Below are positions 21,765 to 35,499 of a stretch of DNA of 64,000 nt, piece after piece (the stretch's first letter is position 1; each line of letters begins with the position of its first letter). A program made the position numbers and the translations under genes. The stretch comes from Alphaproteobacteria bacterium (lineage in GTDB: Bacteria; Pseudomonadota; Alphaproteobacteria; SP197). The notes beneath the pieces are model-generated. The model searched no databases, was not told the DNA's origin, and worked only from the letters and a program-made list of their open reading frames with translations. The DNA is taken from assembly GCA_964291265.2 (NCBI GenBank), contig OZ219747.1, positions 320,001 through 384,000 on the forward strand, read 5' to 3'.

Positions 21765-22634
21765 GTGACCGCACTGCCGCCGCCAAATTCGCCGATCAAC
21801 CGGGTGCGCCACCGGGTCGGCGTCTTCATGGAGGGTCCACGGGTCACGCGCGCCATCACCGCGGTCATCATCTTCAACGCCGTCGCCCTCGGCCTGGAGA
21901 CGTCGTCCGGCGTGATGGAACACGCCGGGACGCTGTTGCGGTTGCTCGACAGGGCCGTTCTGGCGATCTTCGTGATCGAACTCCTGGCCAAGCTGTTCGC
22001 CTTCGGCTGGCGCTACTTCACGAACGGCTGGAATGTCTTCGACTTCGTTGTCGTCGGCATCGCACTGGCGCCGGCAAGCGGCGGTCTCTCCGTGCTGCGT
22101 GCGCTGCGCATCATGCGCGTGCTTCGCCTTGTCGCCATCGTGCCGTCGATGCGCAAGGTGGTCATGGCCCTGATGACAGCGATCCCCGGCGTCACGAGCG
22201 TACTTGCCCTGCTGGCGCTGGTCTACTACGTCTTCGCCGTGATGGTGACCAAGCTCTATGGCGAGACGTTCCCGGACTGGTTCGGCAGCGTCGGCGACAG
22301 TCTCTATTCCCTGTTCCAGATCATGACCCTGGAAAGCTGGTCCATGGGCATCGTCCGCCCGGTGATGGAGCAGCACCCGGACGCCTGGATGGTCTTCGTG
22401 CCCTTCATCCTGATGACCAGCTTTGCCGTCATCAACCTCTTCATCGCCGTGATCGTCAACGCCATGACCGAACAGGGCCACGCCGACTCCGTGGAACTCC
22501 GGGAGGATCTCCATGCCGTCAGCGAGGCCGGGGTTGCGGCCCTGGTGCAGCGCATGGAAGCCATGCAGCGGCAGATGAACGAGATCAAGGACATGCTGGA
22601 CCGCCGCCGGAACGACCCGACGCATCCCGAATGA
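21765..22634 (+). CDS. Bacterial voltage-gated sodium channel (BacNav)
   Basis: S4 RALRIMRVLRL, selectivity filter TLESWSM, C-terminal coiled coil. Confidence 0.92.
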   Translation: MTALPPPNSPINRVRHRVGVFMEGPRVTRAITAVIIFNAVALGLETSSGVMEHAGTLLRLLDRAVLAIFVIELLAKLFAFGWRYFTNGWNVFDFVVVGIALAPASGGLSVLRALRIMRVLRLVAIVPSMRKVVMALMTAIPGVTSVLALLALVYYVFAVMVTKLYGETFPDWFGSVGDSLYSLFQIMTLESWSMGIVRPVMEQHPDAWMVFVPFILMTSFAVINLFIAVIVNAMTEQGHADSVELREDLHAVSEAGVAALVQRMEAMQRQMNEIKDMLDRRRNDPTHPE

Positions 22635-22857
22635 TGGCTCACCCGGTCGGCCCCCAGACACCGCTTGCAAGGGTCACCGCAGCGGCCGGCGGATGAGCAA
22701 CAGTTCCATCAGCCGCCCACTCGTCAAGGTAGCGATGCAAGCCCTCCCTCGATCCTCGTGGTGAACCCGACCGCACATCGGTGATCGGGTGGTGCGGACC
22801 GGTCGCTCCGGGGACGGGGAGGCCGAGGTCGCGGCCGGGGCATCATCCAGGGTCCCG

Positions 22858-23679
22858 TCAGCTTCGCCGGCGCAGGTAGAGGCCGAGCGAGGCGATGATG
22901 AAGGTGAACGACAGCATCAGCGTCGCAATGGCGTTGATCTCGGGCTTCACGCCGCGCCGCAGCATGCCGTAGATGAAGAGCGGCAGCGTGGTCGAATCGG
23001 GCCCGGCGATGAAGTAGGTGATCACGAGATCGTCCATGGAGATGATGAACGCGAGCAAGGCGCCGCCGACCACGCCCGGCGCGATGTGCGGCAGCGTGAC
23101 GCGGCGGAAGGTCACCCATTCACTGGCGCCGAGGTCGGCGCTGGCTTCCTCCAGCGTGCTGTCCATGCCGGCAAGCCGGGCGCTGACCACGACGAAGACG
23201 TAGGAGATCAGAAACGTGCAGTGACCGATGATGATCGAGTACAGACCGAGCGACATGCCGACCGCGACGAAGAACACGAGCAGCGCGATTCCGAGGACGA
23301 TGTCGGGCATGACCATGGGCATGTAGAGAAGCCCCTGGTAGAAGCGCTGTGCGCGGAAGCGATAGCGGTAGAGCGCAAGCGCCGTCATGGTGCCCAGCAC
23401 CGTCGAAACGGTGGTGGTGAAGGCGGCCACGATCAGACTGTTCCCGACGGCGGCAAGCAGCTGATCGGTGGATTCGACGTAGAGCGTCTCCTCGTTCAGC
23501 TGTGTCGGATAGCCGAAGATCGTCCAGTACCAATCGAAGGTGAAACCCGACCAGACCATCATGTTGATCGGGTTGGAATTGAACGAGAAGGCCACGGTCA
23601 TCACGATCGGCGCGTAGATGAACACCAGGAACAGCACGCCGTAGGCGCCGAACAGACGCTGCCCGAGACGCAGTTTCAT
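22858..23679 (-). CDS. Polyamine ABC transporter permease (PotC-like)
   Basis: LEEASADLGA loop, TLPL..Y, PEINA. Confidence 0.9.
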   Translation of the reverse strand: MKLRLGQRLFGAYGVLFLVFIYAPIVMTVAFSFNSNPINMMVWSGFTFDWYWTIFGYPTQLNEETLYVESTDQLLAAVGNSLIVAAFTTTVSTVLGTMTALALYRYRFRAQRFYQGLLYMPMVMPDIVLGIALLVFFVAVGMSLGLYSIIIGHCTFLISYVFVVVSARLAGMDSTLEEASADLGASEWVTFRRVTLPHIAPGVVGGALLAFIISMDDLVITYFIAGPDSTTLPLFIYGMLRRGVKPEINAIATLMLSFTFIIASLGLYLRRRS

Positions 23680-24563
23680 GGCCGCGTCTGCATCCGCCCG
23701 ATGCGCCGAAGATAGACCAGGATGAGCACAAACATGACCGTCATCATCATGACCGACAGGGCAGCGCCAAACGGCCAGTTGCGGGCGGAAAGGAACTGCT
23801 GCTCGATCAGGTTGCCGATCATCAGGACCTTGGCGCCGCCCAGGAGATCGGGGACGATGAAGTTTCCGAGGCTGGGGATGAACACCAGGACGCAGCCGCC
23901 GGCGATACCCGGCAAGGTCAGCGGTATCGTCACCCTGCAGAAGGTCTGGAACGAACTCGCGCCGAGGTCCGACGACACCTCGATCAGCGAACGATCGAGC
24001 TTCTCCACGGACGCATAGACCGGCAGGAACATGAACGGCAGCAGGATGTAGGCCATGCCGATCAGCACGGCCGTTTCCGTGAAGATGATGTCGAGCGGTT
24101 CCTCGATCACGCCAAGGCCGATCAGGGCGTAGTTCAGAAACCCGGTGGGTCGCAGGATCAGCACCCAGGCGAACAGGCGCACCACAAGACTGACGAAGAA
24201 CGGCAGCGTGATCAGGAACACGACGAGCATGCGCAGGCGCTGCGGCAGGCCGCGCACCCAGAGCGCCGCAGGATAACAGACTGCAAGGGTGATCAGGACG
24301 TTGATGAAGGCAAGCCGGGCCGAGCGCACGAATATCTCGGCATAGACCCAGTCGAAGTCCTCCCATTCGCCGTCCGCCCAACCGAGAATGCGTCCGAAAT
24401 TCCAGTGATAGAAGTTCCACTCGACGCCGCCATAGAGCCCGGGCTCCAGGAAGCTGAAGAGGACCATCACCGCCAGCGGACCGACAAAGCACGTTCCGAG
24501 GAACAGGCTGACCGGTCCGAGCAGGAAGGCGAGCCGGATCCTGTCCCGCCTAACCGCCACCAC
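23676..24563 (-). CDS. Polyamine ABC transporter permease (PotB-like)
   Basis: LPFMFLPVY, DLLGG, NWPFGAA. Confidence 0.9.
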   Translation of the reverse strand: MVAVRRDRIRLAFLLGPVSLFLGTCFVGPLAVMVLFSFLEPGLYGGVEWNFYHWNFGRILGWADGEWEDFDWVYAEIFVRSARLAFINVLITLAVCYPAALWVRGLPQRLRMLVVFLITLPFFVSLVVRLFAWVLILRPTGFLNYALIGLGVIEEPLDIIFTETAVLIGMAYILLPFMFLPVYASVEKLDRSLIEVSSDLGASSFQTFCRVTIPLTLPGIAGGCVLVFIPSLGNFIVPDLLGGAKVLMIGNLIEQQFLSARNWPFGAALSVMMMTVMFVLILVYLRRIGRMQTRP

Positions 24564-25713
24564 GGACTTCCTCGATCAGATGCGGATCCGCACGCCGGTA
24601 GGCGAGCCTGAGCGCCTCGCCGTTCCCGGCCCGGCAGAGCCGGTCGCCATCAGCGCCGGGGCCCGGGGTGACGGTGATGGCGGCGCCGTTGGCGAGGCGG
24701 CAGACCAGCTGCCGCGTCGCGCCGTAGAAAACGGACTGTTCGAGGGTCGCCTCCAGGACGCCGAACGCGGGGTCGTCCGAGGCGGGCGCACCGTCGAGCT
24801 GCTCCGGCCTCAGCAGCATCGTCAGTCTTCGCCCCGCCGGTACGCCGTCACGGATCGGGAGCCGCAGGCCGTCGCCGGTCACGAGCACCGGATCCGGTCC
24901 GACGTCGACCGCCCCGGTGAAGAGGGCGCCGTCGCCGATGAATTCGGCGACGAAGCGTGTCGCCGGCGCATGGTAGAGTTGCTCCGGCGTCCCGATCTGC
25001 TCGATCCTGCCACGATTCAGGACGACAATGCGGTCAGACATCGTCAGCGCCTCCTCCTGGTCGTGGGTGACGAAGAGGAAACAGATCCCGAGCCCATGCT
25101 GCAGTGTCTTGAGTTCGAGCTGCATGGAATGCCGCAGGTTGCGGTCGAGCGCAGACAGGGGTTCGTCAAGCAGCAGGAGCTTGGGCCGGTTGATGATGGC
25201 GCGGGCCAGGGCGACGCGCTGCCGCTGCCCGCCCGACAGCTGGTCCGGCTTGCGGCGCTCAAGGCCCCGGAGACCGACCTGTTCCAGAGCCCTGGCCACG
25301 CGGTCCGTGCGCTCGCGGCGCGGCACGCCCGTGACCTCCAGGCCGTAGGCGACGTTGGCCTCGACGCGCAGGTGCGGAAACAGCGCGTAGGTCTGGAACA
25401 CGGTGTTGACGGGCCGACGTTGAGCCGGCACGCCGGTCATCGACGCCCCGTCGATGCGCACCTCGCCGGAATCGAGTTCTTCGAAGCCGCTGATGCAGCG
25501 CAGCAGCGTGGTCTTGCCGCAGCCCGAGGGGCCGAGCAGGGTCACGAACTCGCCGGCGCGAACAGCCAGCGACACCTCGTCGAGCGCCGTGACCGTGCCG
25601 CCTTCGGGCGCCGTGAACCGCTTGACCGCATCCACCACCTCGGCGACCGGACCGCCTGTTTCAGGCGGCCCGGCGCCTGGCGCGCCGGACAACGGGCCAG
25701 GACCTCTTTCCAC
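24550..25713 (-). CDS. Polyamine ABC transporter ATP-binding protein (PotA-like)
   Basis: GPSGCGKT, LSGGQRQR, VTHDQEEA. Confidence 0.92.
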   Translation of the reverse strand: MERGPGPLSGAPGAGPPETGGPVAEVVDAVKRFTAPEGGTVTALDEVSLAVRAGEFVTLLGPSGCGKTTLLRCISGFEELDSGEVRIDGASMTGVPAQRRPVNTVFQTYALFPHLRVEANVAYGLEVTGVPRRERTDRVARALEQVGLRGLERRKPDQLSGGQRQRVALARAIINRPKLLLLDEPLSALDRNLRHSMQLELKTLQHGLGICFLFVTHDQEEALTMSDRIVVLNRGRIEQIGTPEQLYHAPATRFVAEFIGDGALFTGAVDVGPDPVLVTGDGLRLPIRDGVPAGRRLTMLLRPEQLDGAPASDDPAFGVLEATLEQSVFYGATRQLVCRLANGAAITVTPGPGADGDRLCRAGNGEALRLAYRRADPHLIEEVRGGG

Positions 25714-25736
25714 CGTGGATCGGTTTGAACGGACTG

Positions 25737-26789
25737 CTACTGCGCAGTGCGCACCCTGGTCCAGACGCGATTGTACTTGCGCAGATCGTTGCCGAGATCT
25801 TCGAAGATCTGGAGTTTCGCCATCACTTCCGGCGGAGGATTGGTGTTCGGATTGTTCCTGAGTTCATCGGGCAGAAGATCACGCGCCGGCACGTTGGCGG
25901 TTCCGTTGACCTGCTGGAGCGTGTTGAGGGCGGCAATCTCGGGCTGCAGGTAAAACTCGAGGAACCGGATGGCGCTCTCCTTGTTCGGTGCGGACTCGAG
26001 GACGCAGATGTCCTCCTGATACATCGTCGCGCCTTCCTCGGGAATCACGAATCCGAGCCGGTCGGGTTCCTGCAGAACAAGGAACGTCGCGCCGACGTAC
26101 CAGTGTGCGGCGGCGATGTCGCCAGCCTGCACCAGTGGCCCCACGTCATAGGTGAACGCCGAGATCTTGTCCTTGCGTTCGAGCAGCCAGGCCTCGGCCT
26201 GCCTGAGAGCGTCCGCATCCCCGGTGTTCACGGAGTGACCGTTCATGATGAGAGCGACGCCGATGGTCTCGCGCAGGTCATCGAGCATGGTGATCTTCTT
26301 GCCCCTGTCGGGCAGCGCGAAGAAGTCCTCCCAGGAGGTGATCTCGCCGGCTTCCTCCTTGTTGTAGAAGATGCCGACCGCACCCCAGGCATAGGGCAGG
26401 CAGTACGAACTCTCGGGGTCCACGAGGGACCTCTTGGCAAGCGGATCGATGTTCTCGAAACCCTTGAGCGTGTTCACTTTCGCATCGTGCAGCAGCCCGA
26501 GCTTCTGCATGATGTCGCGCATATGAACGGACGGAAACACGATGTCGTATCCCGTCGCGCCTGCCTGGATCTTCGCCAGCATTTCCTCGTTGGTGCCGTA
26601 GGTGTCGAGGGTCACCTCGATCCCGGTTTCCTCGGTGAACCGGGTCAGCACCTCCGGATTGATGTACTCGCCCCAGTTGTAGACGTTGAGCTGGCCTTCT
26701 GCCGAAGCGGGTTGCGTCGTCAACGCGCCGGAAACGCCGACGATGACAGCGGCGGATGCCGCGCCGAGTGTATGCAGGAACTTGTTCAT
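25737..26789 (-). CDS. Polyamine ABC transporter substrate-binding protein (PotD-like)
   Basis: Signal peptide, LNVYNWGEYI, NEEMLAK, PYAWG, PEEG. Confidence 0.9.
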   Translation of the reverse strand: MNKFLHTLGAASAAVIVGVSGALTTQPASAEGQLNVYNWGEYINPEVLTRFTEETGIEVTLDTYGTNEEMLAKIQAGATGYDIVFPSVHMRDIMQKLGLLHDAKVNTLKGFENIDPLAKRSLVDPESSYCLPYAWGAVGIFYNKEEAGEITSWEDFFALPDRGKKITMLDDLRETIGVALIMNGHSVNTGDADALRQAEAWLLERKDKISAFTYDVGPLVQAGDIAAAHWYVGATFLVLQEPDRLGFVIPEEGATMYQEDICVLESAPNKESAIRFLEFYLQPEIAALNTLQQVNGTANVPARDLLPDELRNNPNTNPPPEVMAKLQIFEDLGNDLRKYNRVWTRVRTAQ

Positions 26790-27031
26790 GCCTTCCTCCA
26801 GATTGCCCTTCAGTCCTAGCACCGAAGCTGTCCATCCGTCATCCGTGTCTTTCGGGAGCCTGGACGAGGCAATCGGCATTCCACCGGAAGGCTCCGCACA
26901 AGGCGCCGTCCAGTCGGGGCTTGCAGGAGCCTCGCCAGGACGCCAACGGAGAACCCCTGCACACCTCGGACACACGCCCGACAACGGCGGATGCCTGTTC
27001 GACGGGGATGCCCGGGTCCGGGGCAAGCGCC

Positions 27032-27135
27032 TTGACACATGCGAGCGGCAACACTAGGTAGGGGCCATGATCGGTTTCGGGACATCAGCTCTGGGCCTAG
27101 CGCCGGACTGAGCGGCGCCCCCTGAAGGGGTGCCG
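27032..27135 (+). promoter_or_regulatory. leuA promoter, putative leader peptide (27067-27111) and hairpin
   Basis: TTGACA-17-TAGGTA; uORF MIGFGTSALGLAPD with CTG-GGC-CTA; stem CGGCGCCCC/GGGGTGCCG. Confidence 0.5.
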
Positions 27136-27200
27136 TGCCGACGCGTTACGCCTTCACCTCCTCTTCAGGAGAAGCCCATGTCCACCGAACATTCACCTGA

Positions 27201-30277
<3,077 letters not shown>

Positions 30278-30341
30278 CGTGGCGCATGACGCGCCGTCTT
30301 GCGGTAGAACACCCTTCCGGAACCGTGCCGCGCGAGCGCCG

Positions 30342-32129
30342 ATGAGAACTCACGACACTGTTGATCACACGACACGCGTCATTGTCCGGCGCATCGTGGA
30401 TGAACATGTCCGCCGCTACATTCCGCGCATACTCGTCGCCATCGTCTTCATGGGTCTCGTGGCCGGCAGCACGGCGGGATACGCCTGGCTCGTCCAGCCC
30501 ATTCTCGACGAGGTCTTCATCGAGAAGGACCGTGGACAGCTGGTGTGGATCACCATGGCCGTCTTCCTGCTCTTTTTTGTCAAGGGCCTCTCGGAATACG
30601 CCCAGGCGGTGATCATGGCCCGCACCTCCATGCGCATCATCGCAGACATCCGCAAGAGGGTCTGCCGCAGCCTGATCCGCGCCGATCTCGCGTACTTCCA
30701 CAAGACCTCGACCGGCGCCCTGATCGCCGGATGCATGAACAATGTCGACGACCTGCAAGCGACGGTGGCGCAGACCCTGACAACGATGGTCAAGGACCTG
30801 CTGACCCTCGTCTTCCTTGCCGCCATGATGTTCCATCAGGACTGGGTTCTGGGTCTCATCTCGTTCTTCATCTTTCCCGCGGCCTTCGCCAGCGTCCAGA
30901 GGATCGGACGCAAGGTCAGGATCAGGTCGCGCGAGGTGGCGATCGAGCGCGAGCATGTCACGGGCTTCATTTCCGACATGTTCCGGGGCATCCGCCACAT
31001 CAAGGCCTACGGCCAGGAAGGCCACCACATGGCGCGGCTCGGCGACCGCATCGACCTTCTCTTCCGGCGCGGCGTCAGGACCGTGAGAGCCAGTGAAGCC
31101 ATCTCGCCGATCATGGAATCGCTGGCCGGCATCGCCATTGGCGCCACCATCGTCTACGGCGGACTCAAGGTCATCGAGGGCACCACCACCCCCGGCGCCT
31201 TCTTCAGCTTCATCACCGCCCTGCTCCTCGCCTACCGGCCCCTCAAGAGCCTTGCCCGCCTCAACAACACCCTGCAGCAGGGGCTGGCCGCCGCCCAGCG
31301 GGTGTTCGCCCTCATCGACATCAGGCCGGCGATCCGGGACCGCGAGAACGCCGCAGCGCTGTCGATCGCGGGCGGCATGGTGAGGTTTGACGAGGTCTCG
31401 TTCGCCTACCACGACACGCCGGTCCTCGATCGCGTGTCCTTCGAGGCGCCGGCCGGCCGGACCACGGCCCTCGTCGGGCCCTCGGGCGCCGGAAAGTCGA
31501 CCGCCCTCAACCTTGTCGCGCGTTTCTATGATGTCGGCAGCGGCCGGATCTCGATCGACGGTTCCGACGTGCGTGACGTCACCCTGGAGAGTCTGCGTGA
31601 CGCGGTTGCCGTCGTCAGCCAGGAGGTCGTGCTTTTCAACGACACCATCGAGGCCAACATCGCCTTCGGCAGGCCGAACGCCGCGCCTGACGAGATCAAG
31701 GCGGCAGCGCAGGTGGCCGACGCCCACCCCTTCATCGAGAAACTCGAGCTCGGCTACGAGACTCTCATCGGCGAAAACGGCATCCGTCTCTCGGGAGGCC
31801 AGAGACAGAGAATCTCCATTGCCCGGGCGGTGCTGCGCGATGCGCCGATCCTCATCCTTGACGAAGCCACCAGTTCCCTCGATTCCGAATCGGAACGCCA
31901 GGTCCAGCAGGCCCTTGCCCGCCTGACCAGCGGCCGCACATCGATTGTCGTGGCCCACCGGCTCAGCACCATCGCCGATGCCGATGTCATCCATGTCCTC
32001 AACGAGGGGCGAATCGTCGAGTCCGGCACCCACGACACGCTGCTGGCCCAGGGCGGACTCTATGCCCAGCTGTCACGCCTGCAGCCGATCGAGGAGGAAG
32101 GTGTCGACGGCCTTGCCGGGGCGTCATGA
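30342..32129 (+). CDS. msbA: MsbA-like ABC exporter (start 30279 or 30342)
   Basis: TM domain + GPSGAGKS, LSGGQRQR, DEATSSLD; upstream of waaA/lpxK. Confidence 0.8.
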   Translation: MRTHDTVDHTTRVIVRRIVDEHVRRYIPRILVAIVFMGLVAGSTAGYAWLVQPILDEVFIEKDRGQLVWITMAVFLLFFVKGLSEYAQAVIMARTSMRIIADIRKRVCRSLIRADLAYFHKTSTGALIAGCMNNVDDLQATVAQTLTTMVKDLLTLVFLAAMMFHQDWVLGLISFFIFPAAFASVQRIGRKVRIRSREVAIEREHVTGFISDMFRGIRHIKAYGQEGHHMARLGDRIDLLFRRGVRTVRASEAISPIMESLAGIAIGATIVYGGLKVIEGTTTPGAFFSFITALLLAYRPLKSLARLNNTLQQGLAAAQRVFALIDIRPAIRDRENAAALSIAGGMVRFDEVSFAYHDTPVLDRVSFEAPAGRTTALVGPSGAGKSTALNLVARFYDVGSGRISIDGSDVRDVTLESLRDAVAVVSQEVVLFNDTIEANIAFGRPNAAPDEIKAAAQVADAHPFIEKLELGYETLIGENGIRLSGGQRQRISIARAVLRDAPILILDEATSSLDSESERQVQQALARLTSGRTSIVVAHRLSTIADADVIHVLNEGRIVESGTHDTLLAQGGLYAQLSRLQPIEEEGVDGLAGAS

Positions 32130-33394
32130 TCCAGGAGCTCTACCGCCACGCCACCGCCCTCCTCGAACCCCTTGCCCCGCTCCTCGTCGAACGGCGCCTG
32201 AGGCGCGGCAGGGAGGATCCGTTGCGCCGGGAAGAGAGGCTCGGGCGAAGCACGGTTTCGCGGCCGGCAGGGCCTCTCCTGTGGATCCATGCCGCCAGCG
32301 TCGGCGAGTCGCTCTCCGTGCTGCCCCTCGCGGAGAAACTGGCCGGCGCCCATGACACATGCGTTCTCTTCACCACCATGACGACCTCGGCTGCCGAGGC
32401 CCTGGCGTTGCGGCAGCCGCCCGGCTCGATCCACCAGTACATCCCCTTCGACACTCCGGGAGCGGTGGGGCGCTTCTTCGACAGGTGGCGACCGAATGCA
32501 GCCCTGTGGGTCGAATCGGAGCTGTGGCCCAATCTCCTCATGGAAGCGCAGCACCGGCACATCCCCACCGCGCTCGTGAACGGACGTCTCTCCGATCGCT
32601 CCTTCGCCCGCTGGAGTCGGCTGCCCGCCTTCAGCCGGAGACTTCTGGGCGGTTTCACCACCGTCCTTGTCCCCGGCGACCGGCAAGGCAGGCGTTTCAC
32701 CGCTCTCGGCGCAGCGCCGGTCGTGATCACCGGCGACCTCAAGGCGACGGCCGGTCCTCCCAGGGCCGATCCGGAGGCACGGGCACGCTTCAAGGATGCC
32801 GTTGCCGGGCGCCGGGTCTGGCTGGCGGCCAGCACGCACGACGGGGACGAACGACTGGCCTGCGACATTCACCTTGATCTGGCCGACACGGTCGACGGGC
32901 TCCTCACCGTCATCGTGCCGCGCCATCCGGCGCGGGCGGACGACATCGCCGAAGAGGCAGCCGCACGCGGTCTCACGGTGGCGCGGAGGTCACACGCGGA
33001 CATGCCGAAACCCGCCACCGACATCTTCCTCGGCGACAGCATCGGAGAGATGGGCCTCTATCTCGGTCTCGGCGATGCCGTCTTCATGGGCAAGTCGATG
33101 TTGCAGCACGGCGGCCACAATCCCCGCGAGGCGGCATGGCTGGGAAAGCCGACCGTGTTCGGACCGCACATGCAGAACTTCACCGACATCGCCCGGCGGC
33201 TCGTGGCGGCGGGCGGCGCCCTCGAGGCTTGCGATGCCGCGTCCCTTCGCCGCCACGTCGCCGGATTGCTCGGAGATGAACAGGCCTGTCGCGCCATGGG
33301 CGAACGGGCAAGGGCCCTCGTCGAAGGCGATGCCGCAGGCGTACTCGATCGGGCCTTTGCCGCCCTGCAACCGCTCTTCGGAAAAGAGCCTTGA
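32126..33394 (+). CDS. waaA: Kdo transferase
   Basis: WIHAASVGE, ESELWPNL, AASTH, PRHP, GGHNPRE. Confidence 0.95.
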   Translation: MIQELYRHATALLEPLAPLLVERRLRRGREDPLRREERLGRSTVSRPAGPLLWIHAASVGESLSVLPLAEKLAGAHDTCVLFTTMTTSAAEALALRQPPGSIHQYIPFDTPGAVGRFFDRWRPNAALWVESELWPNLLMEAQHRHIPTALVNGRLSDRSFARWSRLPAFSRRLLGGFTTVLVPGDRQGRRFTALGAAPVVITGDLKATAGPPRADPEARARFKDAVAGRRVWLAASTHDGDERLACDIHLDLADTVDGLLTVIVPRHPARADDIAEEAAARGLTVARRSHADMPKPATDIFLGDSIGEMGLYLGLGDAVFMGKSMLQHGGHNPREAAWLGKPTVFGPHMQNFTDIARRLVAAGGALEACDAASLRRHVAGLLGDEQACRAMGERARALVEGDAAGVLDRAFAALQPLFGKEP

Positions 33395-34368
33395 TGCGCG
33401 AGCCTGCCTTCTGGGAGAGTGACGGCCCGACGGCACGGGCCCTGCAGCCCCTTGCCGGCATGTGGACCGCGGCAACGCGCCTGCGCAGAAGGGCGGTGCG
33501 TCCCTGGCGGGCGCCTGTACCTGTGCTGTGTGTCGGCAACGTCACCGTGGGCGGCGGCGGCAAGACACCCGCGGCGCGGGCCCTTGCCGACCGGCTCTCT
33601 TCCCGCGGCTGGCAACCCCATATCCTGTCGCGCGGCTTTGGCGGCCGCCAGGCCGGGCCGGTGACCGTTGACCCCGGGCGCCACACGTCCCGCGACGTGG
33701 GGGACGAGCCCCTGCTGCTGGCGCGCCATGCGCCCGTCTGGGTGGCACGGAACAGGGCCCGGTCCGCGGCGGCCGCGGTCGATGCCGGGGCCGATATCCT
33801 TGTCATGGACGACGGTCTGCAGAACGTCCATCTTGCCCGGACCCTTTCCTTCATCGTCATCGACGGCCCCCGCGGCTTCGGCAACGCGAAGGTGCTGCCT
33901 GCCGGGCCCCTGCGCGAACCACTGGCCGACGCTCTCGGGCGCGCCGGCACAGTGGTCATCGTCGGCGACGATGACCACGGCCTGGAGCGAGCACTGGCAG
34001 GCGAGGGACTGTGCGTCCTCCATGCCCGCCTCGAGGCCGATCGCATTCCAGGTGACGGCCTGCCGCTCTTCGCCTTCGCCGGAATCGCCAGACCGGCCAA
34101 GTTCTTCGCCACTCTCGAGGAACACGGCGCCGACGTGGTGAAGACGCGGAGCTTTGCCGATCATCACCGGTACGATCCCATGACCGTGACCGCGATGTTC
34201 GAGGAAGCAAGCACCCTGGGCGCGAAGCTCGTGACGACGGAGAAGGACTGGGTGCGCCTCGATGAGGAAACGCGCCCCCTTGCCGAGCCGGTGCCGGTGA
34301 CGATGGTGTTCCGGGAAGAGGGCAGCCTCGATGCCCTGATCGATCGGGTCGGGATTGCCGCGTCATGA
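33391..34368 (+). CDS. lpxK: Tetraacyldisaccharide 4'-kinase
   Basis: VGNVTVGGGGKTP, DEP, DDGLQ, PAGPLRE, TTEKD. Confidence 0.95.
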   Translation: MMREPAFWESDGPTARALQPLAGMWTAATRLRRRAVRPWRAPVPVLCVGNVTVGGGGKTPAARALADRLSSRGWQPHILSRGFGGRQAGPVTVDPGRHTSRDVGDEPLLLARHAPVWVARNRARSAAAAVDAGADILVMDDGLQNVHLARTLSFIVIDGPRGFGNAKVLPAGPLREPLADALGRAGTVVIVGDDDHGLERALAGEGLCVLHARLEADRIPGDGLPLFAFAGIARPAKFFATLEEHGADVVKTRSFADHHRYDPMTVTAMFEEASTLGAKLVTTEKDWVRLDEETRPLAEPVPVTMVFREEGSLDALIDRVGIAAS

Positions 34369-35234
34369 AGGCAGGTCCGCGCGATATCGTCGAAGCTGGA
34401 TTCCTGTGGCTGGGATTTGTCCTGTTCCGGACCATCGGGCTCGAGAGCGCCTCGGCTCTCGGCGGATGTCTCGGACGCCTCGCCGGACGCTTCGCCATCT
34501 CGCGCAACCGCATCGCCCGGCGCAACATCGGGCAGAGTTTCCCCGGCATCACCGCGGAGGAGGTGCAGCGCATCATCACCGGCATGTGGGACAACTTCGG
34601 GCGCCTGGTGGCCGAGTTTCCGCATCTCCATGCCATCGATGTCTATGGCGGCTCCCGGGTGACCATCACCCGTGATCCGGGCGTCGACGAGTTTGCCCAC
34701 ATGCCGTCGATCTTCATGGGCGCCCATTTCGGCTGCTTCGACCTCGGCATCCTTCTCGCCACCCAGAAGGACATCGACCTCACCATCATCTACCGCCAGG
34801 CGAACAATCCACTGGCTGAACGCCTGATCCAGTCATGGCGTCTCAAGTGCGGCGGCACATGGGCGCCGAAGGGACGCAGAGGCTCCCAGCTGGTGCTGAA
34901 GGGCCTGCGCCGCAAGGGCGCCATCGCCGTCCTCGGCGACCAGAAGTACTCGCAAGGGGTCCCGGTCCCCTTCTTCGGCCGGGACGCGATGACCGCCCCG
35001 GCCCTCGCCGAACTGGCGCTCAAGCACGACATTCCGATCATTCCCATCCGCGTCCTGCGCAAACCCCGGGCGCGCTTCCACGTGCACCTCTTCGCTCCCC
35101 TCGACATCGTCAGGACCGGAGACGCGGCCAGGGACGTGCGCACCATGCTGCGGGCCATCAACGCAACCTACGAAGACTGGATCCGGGAACACCCCGAGCA
35201 GTGGCTGTGGCTCCACCGCCGCTGGGATACCTGA
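34365..35234 (+). CDS. Lipid A biosynthesis acyltransferase (LpxL/HtrB family)
   Basis: HFGCFD (HX4D), DQ, FFG, PEQWLWLHRRW. Confidence 0.9.
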   Translation: MKAGPRDIVEAGFLWLGFVLFRTIGLESASALGGCLGRLAGRFAISRNRIARRNIGQSFPGITAEEVQRIITGMWDNFGRLVAEFPHLHAIDVYGGSRVTITRDPGVDEFAHMPSIFMGAHFGCFDLGILLATQKDIDLTIIYRQANNPLAERLIQSWRLKCGGTWAPKGRRGSQLVLKGLRRKGAIAVLGDQKYSQGVPVPFFGRDAMTAPALAELALKHDIPIIPIRVLRKPRARFHVHLFAPLDIVRTGDAARDVRTMLRAINATYEDWIREHPEQWLWLHRRWDT

Positions 35235-35499
35235 CCTCTTCGCCCCGGCTGAGATCCGTGCCGCATGCCCGAAGAGACCGCATTGTCGATGAACAGGCGC
35301 AAGCTCCCATCCACCCGAGCCGATCTCCGTGCCGCGCAGTCCGAACCGCCGCTTAGCAGCCACTGCCGGGACGGGCTGTTCCAGGCAACGCTGAGACCTC
35401 GCAGCTCGGCACCTCGCGCCCCTCGACCGCCGGCCGCTCCGCTTCGCCACCGAACTTCCGCTGCCGCCGCCGCTCCAGGCCCGCCGTGACAGCCGTTCA

